Below the pieces are notes generated by a model. That model made no database searches and was not told the origin of the DNA. It saw only the letters and a list, made by a program, of their open reading frames with translations. DNA of 64,000 nt from Babesia bigemina (Eukaryota), in the NCBI RefSeq assembly GCF_000981445.1, contig NC_027218.1, positions 1,612,001-1,676,000 on the forward strand, written 5' to 3'. Shown piece by piece: positions 23,022 to 36,285 of this stretch (positions within the stretch are counted from its first letter, which is position 1; each line of letters opens with the position of its first letter). The position numbers and the translations under genes were made by a program.

Positions 23022-25712
23022 TTACTGAATCGACACGGGGTGGTCGGAAATGAGCGTTACCGCCCCTCGCGACACTCCGCTGATGCAACAGAGTCTGTAT
23101 GGAACTGTGTTGGGCTGTAGCTCAACCAGTGTGAAGTTTATCACACGCTCGTTATCGAACAGGTAACGAGCGGACGCAGACGGGGTTCGCCCCGTGTTAG
23201 AGTTTCCACCATTCAAGTCACTATATAGCACCAAATCGTACCCCTCGGCATGACCACTTAGGGGGTCGCTCCTGGTTATCTGGCGTAGCCTCCCCCCGGC
23301 GCCGCCACAGATGCTGCACGCCAAGGAGACACAAAAGTGCTTGTTTAGGCCGTCAAAGCTGGTGCAGGCATCCCGGGGCTGCGGGTGTGAGGCCCCAGCG
23401 GACGACGCCAGCAGCGCGAAGTTGTCACTCAACAGTTCGGTCGGCACCTTTAGCCGAATCGACACCAACGTCGGACAGGACACCTGCATGTTAAGAGGTC
23501 CCTGCATGTCGAAGCGTTGACTGATCAAACCCGCCGTTGATGGAACTGGCGACTGAGGATACGGCAACGGGGATATGCTGCATTCTTTGTTCGAGTGTAC
23601 GATTATCCTAAACGCGCCACGGTCGGTAGCGCGATACGTGGAAGGAATGACTACGTACTGACCGCAGAAGTTGGTGGAGGATACGGCACAACACTGGGCC
23701 CGATAATCATCCGACGAGACCAGCTGCCCAGCCTTGAGCGCACGGATAGTGGCCATACGTCCAGTGAAAATCCGGAGGTTCACCGAGAGGGGGTTCACGG
23801 ATTCCAGCAAAACAACAGCCTCGCATTCCCCTGGAAAGTAGAGCCGATAATGCGGATTCTTAAAGTACGTCCATATGTTCTTGGGGCTGCCTCCACTGTT
23901 GCCGTCAGTCCACTCGCCGTGTATTACAGTGCTGTACCAATCCGGGCGCACGAGGCACGGTTTGGGAGTCAATTTTATAGGTCTTGAGCAAAGCGCGCGG
24001 ATCGTGAATGGAATCGCACGCTCCAGCTTCCTGGAATAATACGATACGAGTACGGTCACACTAGACTCGTCGTCCAAGGTGTGAGCGATAACGGGGTCAC
24101 CCGTCAGCATGTGCTTGCCGGGAGATTCGCTAAACGAGCTTAACTTAACTATAAGCTTCAACAGAATGCATTCGCCGTTGTTGTATACGCCCTGGACATC
24201 AGGTAAAACCGGACAAACTACGGCATCTCTGCTAGAAAATACGTGCATCGCCAGGTACTTCAAGGGATCCTCGAAGTTTACGCGATGTTGTATCAGCATC
24301 AACCATAGGGTGGCAGAGTTGGAACTACCGAATGATATAACTACACTGAATTGCGGGTTATACAAAGAGAGCGACATGTCATCAGGGGCCCAAGAATCTA
24401 GGAAATGCGAACTGGGTTCCCAGACGTGGTGTAAGGTAACGCGACTGCGGAAAAGGCTGGGTTTCCACGCGACGTACAGGTGCGAAAACCATTTTAACAC
24501 GTCGTTCCACTCAATCCAGAACATTCCATTGTCCTCGGAAGCGTTAGGAACGTAGTTCAGCGTCTTCTGCATTTCCGGCGTCCAAGAGGTTTTGTCGGAA
24601 GGCGAAAATCGCTTCGTCCACGAAATGCTGCCCCAAGGGTTCTTCAAGTACATCAAACGTATTCTACGCTTGTTCGGCATCTGCACCTCCTTCATGTCAA
24701 TCATGCTGTACGCATGGTCACTAACGATGCCGGAGGAAACAGAAATCCCCTCCGGCCTATCCTGGCCGACTGGAAGCGCGTCCGCGAAGTCGCTGGTGCC
24801 GAGGCAAACGACGCACGAACCTCCGCAGAAGCCCGCGTAAATGACGTCCCACATGTCGTTCCACTTGTTTGCAGAACGATCAGCCGACGCAGCAACTCCA
24901 GAAGGGATGCAACCGCTCGGTTGCAAGTAGACTATATCCGGGATCCATCCGGTCAAATGGTATATGTCGATTCCAGGGTTGGTACCGCGGATGGTATAAC
25001 GGCCGCCGTTCAACTTTACAAACGCCCTTTCGAGGATGCTCACCCAGCACTCGGTGCGATCCGACGAATGGGCGCATAGCAGGCGGCCATCGGCGCGAAT
25101 GGGCACCCAGTCATCCACAACAACACACCTGGCAATACCGTTAAAGTATAACTTGACCCCTATGGCAGTACCGGGATTGGTTGAGGGGTGCGCCTCAGTG
25201 CATGTTTGCGTTGGCTGCACCAAATCCGCGTAACCATGGGGACCGATGGAAACGAATTTGATGATGTTACTTAGTAAAGGAACAGAATATCGAGATTCGT
25301 AATCTGCGAGGACAGCCAAGGATGACAGAAAGGAACAATCGGCAACGAACCCTTGCTTTATGCGACCGCTGTCGGGAGCAGCAGCGAAGAAACACTTCCT
25401 GCCGCTGCCCCAAAAAAAACGTACCCAACGATACAGACGGTCCTTCTGTTTCGAAGTAAGCTCGGGGTGGCCTTCAGGGTCTTCCCAAAGTTTATTGACC
25501 ACACTAGATTCGCATGGGCTAATCAAATGCCACGGCGGCGCAATGAAATTGCCCAATGCTGAACTACCCAACACTATAGAGTCCAGCAGAGGGTTGTCGG
25601 CGTTCGCCGCCTCGATTGTATCTGCAACGTCGCAACCTCCATTGTTGCAACCATTTTCGCGTAGAGATGCACGCGAAATCCTAGCAAAGCATGAGCATCT
25701 TTCCGGAGCCAT
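23022..25712 (-). CDS. Calpain-7/PalB-like cysteine protease
   Basis: Catalytic triad motifs QGFVADCSFLSSL, SDHAYS and KNPWG; DIYHLTGWIP; two calpain domain-III-like segments (YNPQF; GEWT..NSGG..YFKNPHY). Confidence 0.9.
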   Translation of the reverse strand: MAPERCSCFARISRASLRENGCNNGGCDVADTIEAANADNPLLDSIVLGSSALGNFIAPPWHLISPCESSVVNKLWEDPEGHPELTSKQKDRLYRWVRFFWGSGRKCFFAAAPDSGRIKQGFVADCSFLSSLAVLADYESRYSVPLLSNIIKFVSIGPHGYADLVQPTQTCTEAHPSTNPGTAIGVKLYFNGIARCVVVDDWVPIRADGRLLCAHSSDRTECWVSILERAFVKLNGGRYTIRGTNPGIDIYHLTGWIPDIVYLQPSGCIPSGVAASADRSANKWNDMWDVIYAGFCGGSCVVCLGTSDFADALPVGQDRPEGISVSSGIVSDHAYSMIDMKEVQMPNKRRIRLMYLKNPWGSISWTKRFSPSDKTSWTPEMQKTLNYVPNASEDNGMFWIEWNDVLKWFSHLYVAWKPSLFRSRVTLHHVWEPSSHFLDSWAPDDMSLSLYNPQFSVVISFGSSNSATLWLMLIQHRVNFEDPLKYLAMHVFSSRDAVVCPVLPDVQGVYNNGECILLKLIVKLSSFSESPGKHMLTGDPVIAHTLDDESSVTVLVSYYSRKLERAIPFTIRALCSRPIKLTPKPCLVRPDWYSTVIHGEWTDGNSGGSPKNIWTYFKNPHYRLYFPGECEAVVLLESVNPLSVNLRIFTGRMATIRALKAGQLVSSDDYRAQCCAVSSTNFCGQYVVIPSTYRATDRGAFRIIVHSNKECSISPLPYPQSPVPSTAGLISQRFDMQGPLNMQVSCPTLVSIRLKVPTELLSDNFALLASSAGASHPQPRDACTSFDGLNKHFCVSLACSICGGAGGRLRQITRSDPLSGHAEGYDLVLYSDLNGGNSNTGRTPSASARYLFDNERVINFTLVELQPNTVPYRLCCISGVSRGAVTLISDHPVSIQ

Positions 25713-26164
25713 CAGAGACTATTAGGCTAAAATGCCAATCCTCTGATCACTCGGTATCGGTAATTTACAGTATTGTAGCCACGAACACGGCTAATGGCAG
25801 CTATCTATAATACACACATCTGCAACGGCAAAGCACACAAAAGAAATGCCACAAGGCTGCCCTGATATGTATCTACACGATGCGCGTGACAGTTATAGAG
25901 CTGGCACGTTATTTTGTCGCGATATGGAAAATTACAGCAAAAAATACAATGATCAATCATGCGGCTATTTTCGCCGCGTGGTCTGAGACAAACGTGCTAC
26001 CAGATCGTACGTTAATCGACGTACGATGAGCGAGCCAGTATATTTAGCTAAAAATCCATCTCACTCTTTGGGCGGCGGAACTTTGGCGGGCGCGGCAAGG
26101 AGTGGAAGGCCAGCACCATACTCTCGGCGTCTTAGCCCGCGCATATCCCATTTTACGCGGCAAT

Positions 26165-27915
<1,751 letters not shown>

Positions 27916-28658
27916 GCATTGCGCTTTTGTGTAGGAAACTTAATCGCAAAAAATTTATCCACCGTCTTACATTCACCCAGTGATGAACATGACGGATCAA
28001 TCGCACGTCCAAGGTATGCCAACATAACGCTCACTATTAATGCCGTGTTTTAAGTTGCATTGTGTGCTATAAGTGTCTGCGTATGGCTTAGGCCAATATC
28101 CGGGTAAACCAGGGCGGCGCCTCATGCTTCTGGCTTCGACAGCGAGATCTTCGCCACCTTTGTACCGGGGTTTTTAGGTGGCATCCACCCTGTACGGGAC
28201 ATGTGGTGACTCACGGTCATAATCTTCGCGAGTCTTCATGTCCCTCGACACAGATCGGCACGTTGGACGGTGGCACTTGGTTGAAAACTATTCAGTTGTG
28301 ATACTCCACCGTCTACGTGACTTCGCCTCCTTGTGTCTCCTATAACCAAAAGCTATTGGTTGGTCAGCCATTCCCACGATGGTGATTGTGTTCCTCAGAC
28401 ATCCAGATGATATCGGGCATTTCCACGATTTACTGAGATGATGGGTTGCGGCAATAACTCATATCTAATGGCCACTAATACGCTGTCCTAATACGTCTAC
28501 GACCTTAACTACCAGATTGCTTGTTAGGTAAACCGATTAGCGGTTCAAAACAATGGGCAGAGGGGATGACAGATTGGACATATATCAACATTTATTAATA
28601 AAAGTGTTAAAGAACAGATCCCGCAGTCTTACAAAGACACAGCAAACGATGAGGCACA

Positions 28659-29624
28659 TTAAAGTGGGATAGTGTCACCCATATCCAACACCGTTGGCAC
28701 CCCAGGATTGTACGTGTTGTTAGATCCGGTGGCAGTGTATGTGCTGGGCGCTTTGCGCAACACATACTTCTTGGGAGGTTTAATGGGCTTCATGTTGATA
28801 CGATAATCAACTCCAGGTATCGGGTATTTTCTATTTTTGTCAGGTTGCATGGCTGGGTTTTTCAATCCATAGAAAGCCCAGAATCCAGCAAGGTCGTAGA
28901 TTATGTTCAAGAATTGTCCATCCACAGCTCTCAACGCGCTGGTGACCTCTGGACCACTCAAGCTAGTGCGGATTGCCTGATCTTTATAACCTACAGAATC
29001 CAACATATCCCCCAACCCCGGACTATTCATCAAAAACGAAGGCCAGGTAGCTGCAACAGCTGAATCTTTCAGAGAACGCAGGCCTGTGTATAGCATTGGT
29101 GCGATTCCTACGAAGACCATTGCACAAGCTCTCGGGTCCTCCTTGCATGACGCATCCCATGTAGCCTCTGAACTGTAAGCAGACTCGTACTGCTCAGGGA
29201 TTTTGACATCATCCAAGAACATCTCAGTGCCATCCACAACTTCACCTAATTTTTCAATCACGGCTTCAGCCGTAGTGCCCTCGGTCCATATGATGTTCTG
29301 GTAATCGCTTTCACGGACATACTCCAAGGCATCAACAAGTTCTTCGCGTCCTTTCCACAGTTTTTCCTCGAGTCGCTTCAACATCCTATCCACATACCAC
29401 AATCCTCGTGTTCTTTGCTTCCACACGAACTCTTTTGTAATAAGTTTGACTTTCTCGAGAGCTGGCACAACCGCGTTACCGATAGGCTTGTTTGCGAGAA
29501 ATTTGTGAACTGCTGCACCCAAACCAGTCAGGTTCGTTGTAGCGTCATCTCCCTTCACGGCCAACAACCAATCAATAGCCTCCTTGAGGTTGTGAGGGGC
29601 TTCAGTCAACGAAGTGTACACCAT
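28659..29624 (-). CDS. Babesia multigene-family protein with a VESA1/ves-related N-terminus (321 aa)
   Basis: MVYTSLTEAPHNLKEAIDWLLAVKG resembles the ves N-terminal SLT..P.NLKEAIDW motif; also contains CAMVFVGIAPMLYTGLRSL. Intronless and lies in the AT-richer island. Confidence 0.75.
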   Translation of the reverse strand: MVYTSLTEAPHNLKEAIDWLLAVKGDDATTNLTGLGAAVHKFLANKPIGNAVVPALEKVKLITKEFVWKQRTRGLWYVDRMLKRLEEKLWKGREELVDALEYVRESDYQNIIWTEGTTAEAVIEKLGEVVDGTEMFLDDVKIPEQYESAYSSEATWDASCKEDPRACAMVFVGIAPMLYTGLRSLKDSAVAATWPSFLMNSPGLGDMLDSVGYKDQAIRTSLSGPEVTSALRAVDGQFLNIIYDLAGFWAFYGLKNPAMQPDKNRKYPIPGVDYRINMKPIKPPKKYVLRKAPSTYTATGSNNTYNPGVPTVLDMGDTIPL

Positions 29625-32274
29625 TTTGATAACAACTTCTAAATTAACCGACTTCTATAAATGTGTTAATTGTTGGCCTATTGGTAGGGTTGTTAACAAA
29701 ACAGTCCGCGTGTTTAAATAGCTGTGTCTTAATGGCTGATGAGCACAACGCAAGTACCGTCGCCTTCTAATGACTGCGTGTCTAATTAAAATTTACAAAT
29801 AACCTTCTGTTCACCGTATAGGTGGACGTTGGAATATGGCGACAACCTAGCTGTCTTGTCTTATAGAGCTCCACACCACTAACGTGGCATGCAGTACGCG
29901 AGTCACTGGGTAGACAAGTTTAACGCAAAATCGCACATACAGGACCCGGAGATGTTAGCACCATTTTAGGTGACACTCGAATGTTAAAAATGATACGATG
30001 GGTCGATGACAGTTTTATTTAGAGTACGCAGAGTCTTGCGGAGCTTGTTCGTTACCAACACTGCAGTCACATGGGGAAGGCAGACACTCCTCGTACTGTC
30101 TTCCGTGATTAACGTAAATCTTCTTGTGCTCAGTGGACGACACAATTATTTCTAGCGCTTGTCAGCACATGACAACCGGACGTTAGTGTACATTAGTTCA
30201 CATACGTTCCAAACGCTTATTGACAAGGCCGCGATCATCGATTGTCCGTGAATCAAGCACGCCACTGTGCTTCGGAGCAGAAACTATACTCAGGCGGTGT
30301 TCCGTGTATTTGAGTCCTTACGACACGCAGATTTTGGAGTAAACGCTGGTTTCTGTGAATATCGTCAACATTTAAGTCGCACATATTTCGTCCCAAACTT
30401 GGTGGCACCGATACCGCGTCTAATACAAATCAGCAGGGTCACACATTTTGTCAACGGCATCAAAATAGGTCTTGATGAACTGCAAGGGAATCCATTACAT
30501 CACAGTGGCTCCTGTGAATATAGATTAGCGTGCCTTCAACGGAACATAACTTCTTCGTCGTATTCCATCGATCTTTTGCCGTCATTACCGCATTTTGATA
30601 GTGTCAAACATGCGCATAACGGTAACTAAACCTCCAAAAAAGCATCCCAAATAATGTGTGTTATATATCTGGATCCCTAGCTCAGTCGTCATGCTACGCT
30701 GGGTTGCTCAGTGTGTGGAAACCTTGCAGCATGAATTGCTTGGACGGAATGCAAGCACATCAATGCAGTCGGTGTGCAGTAAATGTGCAATACGCCCCCT
30801 TGAATCGTCGTATCATCTATTTGAATCATTGCACGCATGTCGGCACGGGTACACAAATGCCTCAGCGAATGTAATACTGGTAACCTAGCATTAACCACAT
30901 TCACTCACTTCTTCTATTTTCCCAATCTATATGGGCACAGTGTTGTAAATCATAACTTGTCCATATGGTTGTTGTTGTAATTAAAATGGCCATATTTACC
31001 GTTGTGATGCCGAAATCATGCACAACAGCCAGCTTACGATTCCGCGCGTCTATTCGGTATTCGGGTCGACAGTGTTATTTTGATTACTATGTTATAGCTG
31101 TAACGGCTTTGTGTGTGATAAATGTGCCTATAATTGGGCATATTAAATCGTTCAACGCTTTAGAGCAATAGCAGCGTAAAAAGGCGATGAGTTGTCAGGC
31201 GAGTTCAGTGTACTTTGTTTACCAGAAATTCGCATTCATAGCAACCGAACGCATTGATATTAACGCAACTTTCACATTTCCCAAAAAGTAATTAACAAAA
31301 AGGGTCCTACGCCTGCGTTTTTCGCACCGGCGTGCCACGCCAAGTTGTATTCTAAAATACGTCTTTCACGTCCAGATATGTCTAGTTGATTGGACTGGAA
31401 GTTGATTAATCATTGCTTCAAACTTGTCATTTTGAATTCTTAAAAGCGCATGTAGTTATACATACCTTACTGCTCTCTATTCATCAATGTCAACGTTTAC
31501 TTCGTGAAGAGTCGACAAATCCTTACAATTGTACTTGTAACATCTCAGTCACGCTGCTACCGAAGAGTATGATAATCGTGGCATCTACCCAACAACACTT
31601 CTCTTAAGTTGCTTAGGCAAAATTATAATAACTGCATATATTTCTCGCATCCAAAAACTATAATCGGCATCTTGATCATTTTTCGAATGATGAACATCCT
31701 ACCATGAGACATTGGGTTATTAGCCCTCAGCCTTCCCTTCCAGCTGTGTGGTATATCAGCCGAATGTGGCATTGAAAATCTCACCTCGATATTTGCAGAA
31801 TGAATCAGAGTTGTATGATTGCGCATATCAATTGGTACTATGTTAAGCGTGTATGAGCTTACGAATTCATCCCAGCATCGAATATCAATGCTCTTCCAAT
31901 ACGACCATCCACTGCCCCTTGGTCACGTACCAACATCACCGCATTTTCTGAACTACAGTGACAGGTTACATATATCATCCATTTTTGTTTGTAGGAGACA
32001 TTGCGGAATTTTTGATTCGTGAAAATATAAGAAGACATCCGTACTGCAGCGTCTTGATTTTGTTTGCACAAAAGTTTTTAGGACCTCGTTACAATTCATG
32101 TTATTGGATGGGTAAATGTGATTTGCACTAATTATAAATAACTGTATTAACACAAGAAGATGTTCAGTTCGAGACAGACAAGCGTGTAGTATCCTAAACG
32201 GTTAGTTCCTCTGACATCATCAGACACCAACACGAACTATGACAATTAAACTCTGTCATTGACAAAAAGATTTA

Positions 32275-35166
32275 CTACATCTGAGCTACCCATTCCTTGG
32301 AGTAGTAGTTCTCGATCTGGATGGTGGATAGGATGACCCCCTTGATGGTGACGCACCGGCACTCCAACGGCGGGGTCTGGTGCAGGGTCTCCCCGGGTCC
32401 TATACGAGCACTGTCGAACTTCAGTGTGACAAAGTGATTAGTTCGAGACGCTACCAAAGACTGGCTGATGTCCATCAGGTTCTTCACTTCACCGTTCACC
32501 GAGACTTGGTAGAAGCAATTCGGTGGGTCCAGGACGTAAGGAGCTGGGCAATAGAATGCCGCTTCTTCAGCAGCCTGAATGTTGATCTTGCATCCGAACT
32601 GGAGTTGTCTGTAAGTGTCGTATAGTTTGGGTGTCTCGGGCTTGAAAAACATATCTCTTGAGTCAGTAATTCCGCACCCTTGCATGTACGGGTCTGTCAT
32701 CTCTACGTCAATTTGAACTACGTTCCATGTGTAATCCTCTAACGGTGCTACAGGCGGGGGAATATCAGCTGCCAATGCGTTATCGTTGACTTGACCAAAA
32801 TCTGATTCTGATAGCTCCTTACCGCAAACGAATGTTATTGGCACGTACTCCGAGTGATCTGGATCCTTAGATACCAAAATTGCGCCGCTATTGGATGTAA
32901 TCGCCAAATCACAATATTCGTCTGTATATTCTGAAATACTGATGTCGAGTCCACCTTTTGTACCAGCGATTCTCTCTCCGTTCAACTTTGAAATCAGCAT
33001 AGGCCCATATGTGGTCGTATCTACTTTGTAATGGTGATGTCGAGGATAATCTGGTAACCATGTAGGTGGTACTACGGCGTCATTCTCATCGTCGTAAACC
33101 CCCTCATCCAGAACACACCGCATTAAGATTTTAGTGCCAGAGTGTAATTTTATAGGTATCTGGGGCATGTTGTGTAGCATAATTGATTGCATATGAGTGT
33201 GATCGCCGTAAAATAATGCCACCTCATTCCAAGGCAATAATGAGTAAGGCATCAACCATTGGTATGCGGCTTCACGACTTACTGTGTAAGTATACTCTTC
33301 ATAACGGTTTGATCGCAAAACAAGTCTAGATGTTTCGTATCCATGTTCATCAACACAACTGCAGGCGTGACTGACGGGGACATTTTGGAAGCTCATGTCG
33401 AATACCTGAAATCCTCGAACGGGGTAAAGTGTCGCATTGCGCACAGATGTAGGAAATGGCGCAACCTGATTGGACGAAATATCGTATCCTGTGGACTCGC
33501 AATTGTTTGGAAACAGATCCTCATTGCGTCCGCATTGAATGCCGGCTTGCTGCTCGCCACTACTGACATTTACCAGCCATTCAGATGTTAACGCCATACC
33601 ATTCCCCACGACTTTAATTGCAAGAGACTCACTGTCATTTGCCGGATCAAACATACCTGGTTTCCATCGGTCACAACCAATAATATTGTAGCGATAGGTA
33701 GGCGCAAATGAGACGTTCACTACAGCGCGTATCTTTTCAAGAACATTTTCGTTTCTAGATATGAATGTCCAATGATATAAAAACGAGTTGTATCCACTTC
33801 GTAACGCCAGAGGTTTGTCCATACGGTACTTCAGCTTGACCTCTCCTCCCTCCATTTGTGAAACATCTACCTCGAACGCACCGCCAGTTAATGCATCCTG
33901 GATCAAGATTTCGTCGTAAAGATCGATGTCATAAATCGTTTGTCTTTGGCGTAATATCAAAGATACGTCCGGCTTGAATTCAGTTTCGTATTCATGGATA
34001 GATGGCAGTTGCGAGAATGGGGCTGTCAAAGCATCCTCCTCAACGTCGCCGTCTTCTTCGAATTCCAAGTCAGCAGCAGCCGACTTGACTGTCTGTTTTG
34101 GCAACTTTATGGTCAACGTAGCACCCGGATGTAACATCACTGAACACCAGGGGCCACTAATAGGATTGAACCTGTTACGGGCAATCATGCTGGTTATGTC
34201 ACAAATGTATTCAGTTTTCCAACGGACCTCTATCCTTGCTTTCACCCTACCCGTTTTCGGATTTATGCACCTACATTCGCCTTTGAATGCCCGTAATGCT
34301 AATCCATCAAAATATTGCGCTATAACCCATTTTCCACGATGATTAAAATTCCTATATAAATGTGGTGTAGGAGCAGTCACAACTCCGTCCGTCTTGTCCA
34401 AGAGATACTTCATGCAATCATCAGGTTCAATACGCCCTTGACAAATGAAGCCTATGGGCAATTCTGACATCGGATCTACCATACACGACCGTGTGCCCGT
34501 TTCGGAGTCCACGGTAACATTATCCGAAGCAAAAAGTGGTGAGGGACGGCTTCCACAGCCCTGCATAAGTTTGTGCTTGCGGCCTCTGTGCAAGAATACC
34601 ACACCCAAGCTTCCCCCTATCTTGGCTATTTCGTCAACCAATGGCGTTCTCGGTTCCCATGGATGAGCGTCTATTTCAGCAAAACCATCGAGGCTAGCAA
34701 GTTGGGCTTGCAGCGCCTCACTCAATACCAAACCTCTAGGACCACAAATGAACACGAAACGATTCTCGGTGATGGCGTATATATAGTCATCCATTAGATC
34801 AATATGCAAGTCTGTTTGCGACGGCCTTGACGTTTTCCAAAAATTTAAGCGTCGTATTTCCGTAATCACTACCGTCGACAAAGGGACAGAGTGAAATTCG
34901 CCATTTTCAATCACATATGTTTCGAGACAAAAGTTATGATCCGCGGTTGGTTGGGGATGCCATACATACTCAATACCGTTTATTTGGCGTGGGCACATAA
35001 GAGTTGCCATCCCAAGGTCATCCATGTTTATGTGGGATGCAACTAGGGCATCGGCAACCAAAGATCTCAGACTACTACTAAAATCATATTGCAATGCGTT
35101 TATGAATTTAATAAACTGCAGAATTATAGCGCAAATTGCCAACGGGGCTCCTATAAATTTCGCCAT
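32275..35166 (-). CDS. Secreted 6-Cys (s48/45-like) domain protein (963 aa)
   Basis: Signal peptide plus three copies of the pattern GC....C......C......P..C...C.C (e.g. MQGCG..GCKIN..AAFYCPAPYVLDPPNCF..ECRC; the middle copy lacks one Cys), alternating with Cys-poorer domains. Confidence 0.7.
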   Translation of the reverse strand: MAKFIGAPLAICAIILQFIKFINALQYDFSSSLRSLVADALVASHINMDDLGMATLMCPRQINGIEYVWHPQPTADHNFCLETYVIENGEFHSVPLSTVVITEIRRLNFWKTSRPSQTDLHIDLMDDYIYAITENRFVFICGPRGLVLSEALQAQLASLDGFAEIDAHPWEPRTPLVDEIAKIGGSLGVVFLHRGRKHKLMQGCGSRPSPLFASDNVTVDSETGTRSCMVDPMSELPIGFICQGRIEPDDCMKYLLDKTDGVVTAPTPHLYRNFNHRGKWVIAQYFDGLALRAFKGECRCINPKTGRVKARIEVRWKTEYICDITSMIARNRFNPISGPWCSVMLHPGATLTIKLPKQTVKSAAADLEFEEDGDVEEDALTAPFSQLPSIHEYETEFKPDVSLILRQRQTIYDIDLYDEILIQDALTGGAFEVDVSQMEGGEVKLKYRMDKPLALRSGYNSFLYHWTFISRNENVLEKIRAVVNVSFAPTYRYNIIGCDRWKPGMFDPANDSESLAIKVVGNGMALTSEWLVNVSSGEQQAGIQCGRNEDLFPNNCESTGYDISSNQVAPFPTSVRNATLYPVRGFQVFDMSFQNVPVSHACSCVDEHGYETSRLVLRSNRYEEYTYTVSREAAYQWLMPYSLLPWNEVALFYGDHTHMQSIMLHNMPQIPIKLHSGTKILMRCVLDEGVYDDENDAVVPPTWLPDYPRHHHYKVDTTTYGPMLISKLNGERIAGTKGGLDISISEYTDEYCDLAITSNSGAILVSKDPDHSEYVPITFVCGKELSESDFGQVNDNALAADIPPPVAPLEDYTWNVVQIDVEMTDPYMQGCGITDSRDMFFKPETPKLYDTYRQLQFGCKINIQAAEEAAFYCPAPYVLDPPNCFYQVSVNGEVKNLMDISQSLVASRTNHFVTLKFDSARIGPGETLHQTPPLECRCVTIKGVILSTIQIENYYSKEWVAQM

Positions 35167-36285
35167 GTTTATAATTTAAGTCCGACGATAGACAAAAATA
35201 ATCCTGAGTAAAAATGACCTTCAACCAACTTAAAACGCATGAATATATGCATTAGCTAATAAGTAAGGCTGAGTATTTTTTTTCGAGTAGTGGCAGTGAA
35301 GATCCCATCTCCCCAGCTAGCTGGCTTGTTACGGAAGAATTTTCCTTAAAAAATAAGCAAGACTAAAAATTTTGAATATTAGACAACAGTGTTCATTTTA
35401 TGTCATTGATAACGTTTTTAATGCAATCTATAAAACTAAAATTATTACATGAGGCATGGTTGCCCTTCCCGAGAAAATTCTCAACAAGATACCCATTATT
35501 TGGCGATACATTATCATCGCAATGTTATCACCATTCTCGACATGGCGATTTACAGCGCATATAACGTTGTGGAGACGATGTCATAGGAGCGTGAAAGGCG
35601 CCAATGCTTTTTAAAGGATCAGACGATGTCCATGGTTGTACCAAATGTTGTGACGTGGAAAGGAATTGTGAAACGATATTATAATATGCACCTACTAGCA
35701 CTTAGCATCTCTTATCGCACATTTACCACATCCAACGCGAATGTAGAGCAACAAACTCATACGTTGCGAAGAGTGACGTGAAACAAAGGTAAGAGTACGA
35801 CTCTAGCAGACCCTCTGACCCTAACTAGATGGATGCCCGCATGAATTGCACCAGTAACGATCGGCAACAAACCGACGTGGATCCCGCAACCAGTATCAGC
35901 GTGAGGCGGCAGCCCCGCGAAATCGAAAACCGGGCCTAGCCAGATGGCACACTATAAAATGAGAGAACGTACTAATAATCAGCTATAGAATGGGTCGAAT
36001 AAGTTTCTGCATACAGTGGATAAAACGTCAACCACGTGTCTATAACTACCGTTAAAGGAGGTCAACAAACCACTTTGAAATCTGTAAGGAAGAAACGACT
36101 AGGCGAGGCGAATGTTAAAGTGCAGCAGGCACAAACGTTGTCCAACGGGGACAACCATACTCACCCAAGTACAATACATACACAGCAAAACCAAATACCA
36201 GTATAGATATCACGAGAATGCAACGTGCAGGCAAGAGATGATTAATTAACCACAGATATTGGGAGACGGAAGTTACGCAAATCGC

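Noticed and set aside
27950..28650. Possible pseudogene or mobile-element remnant in the island
   Set aside because: Only short unrecognisable frames; no terminal repeats or transposase/RT motifs seen.
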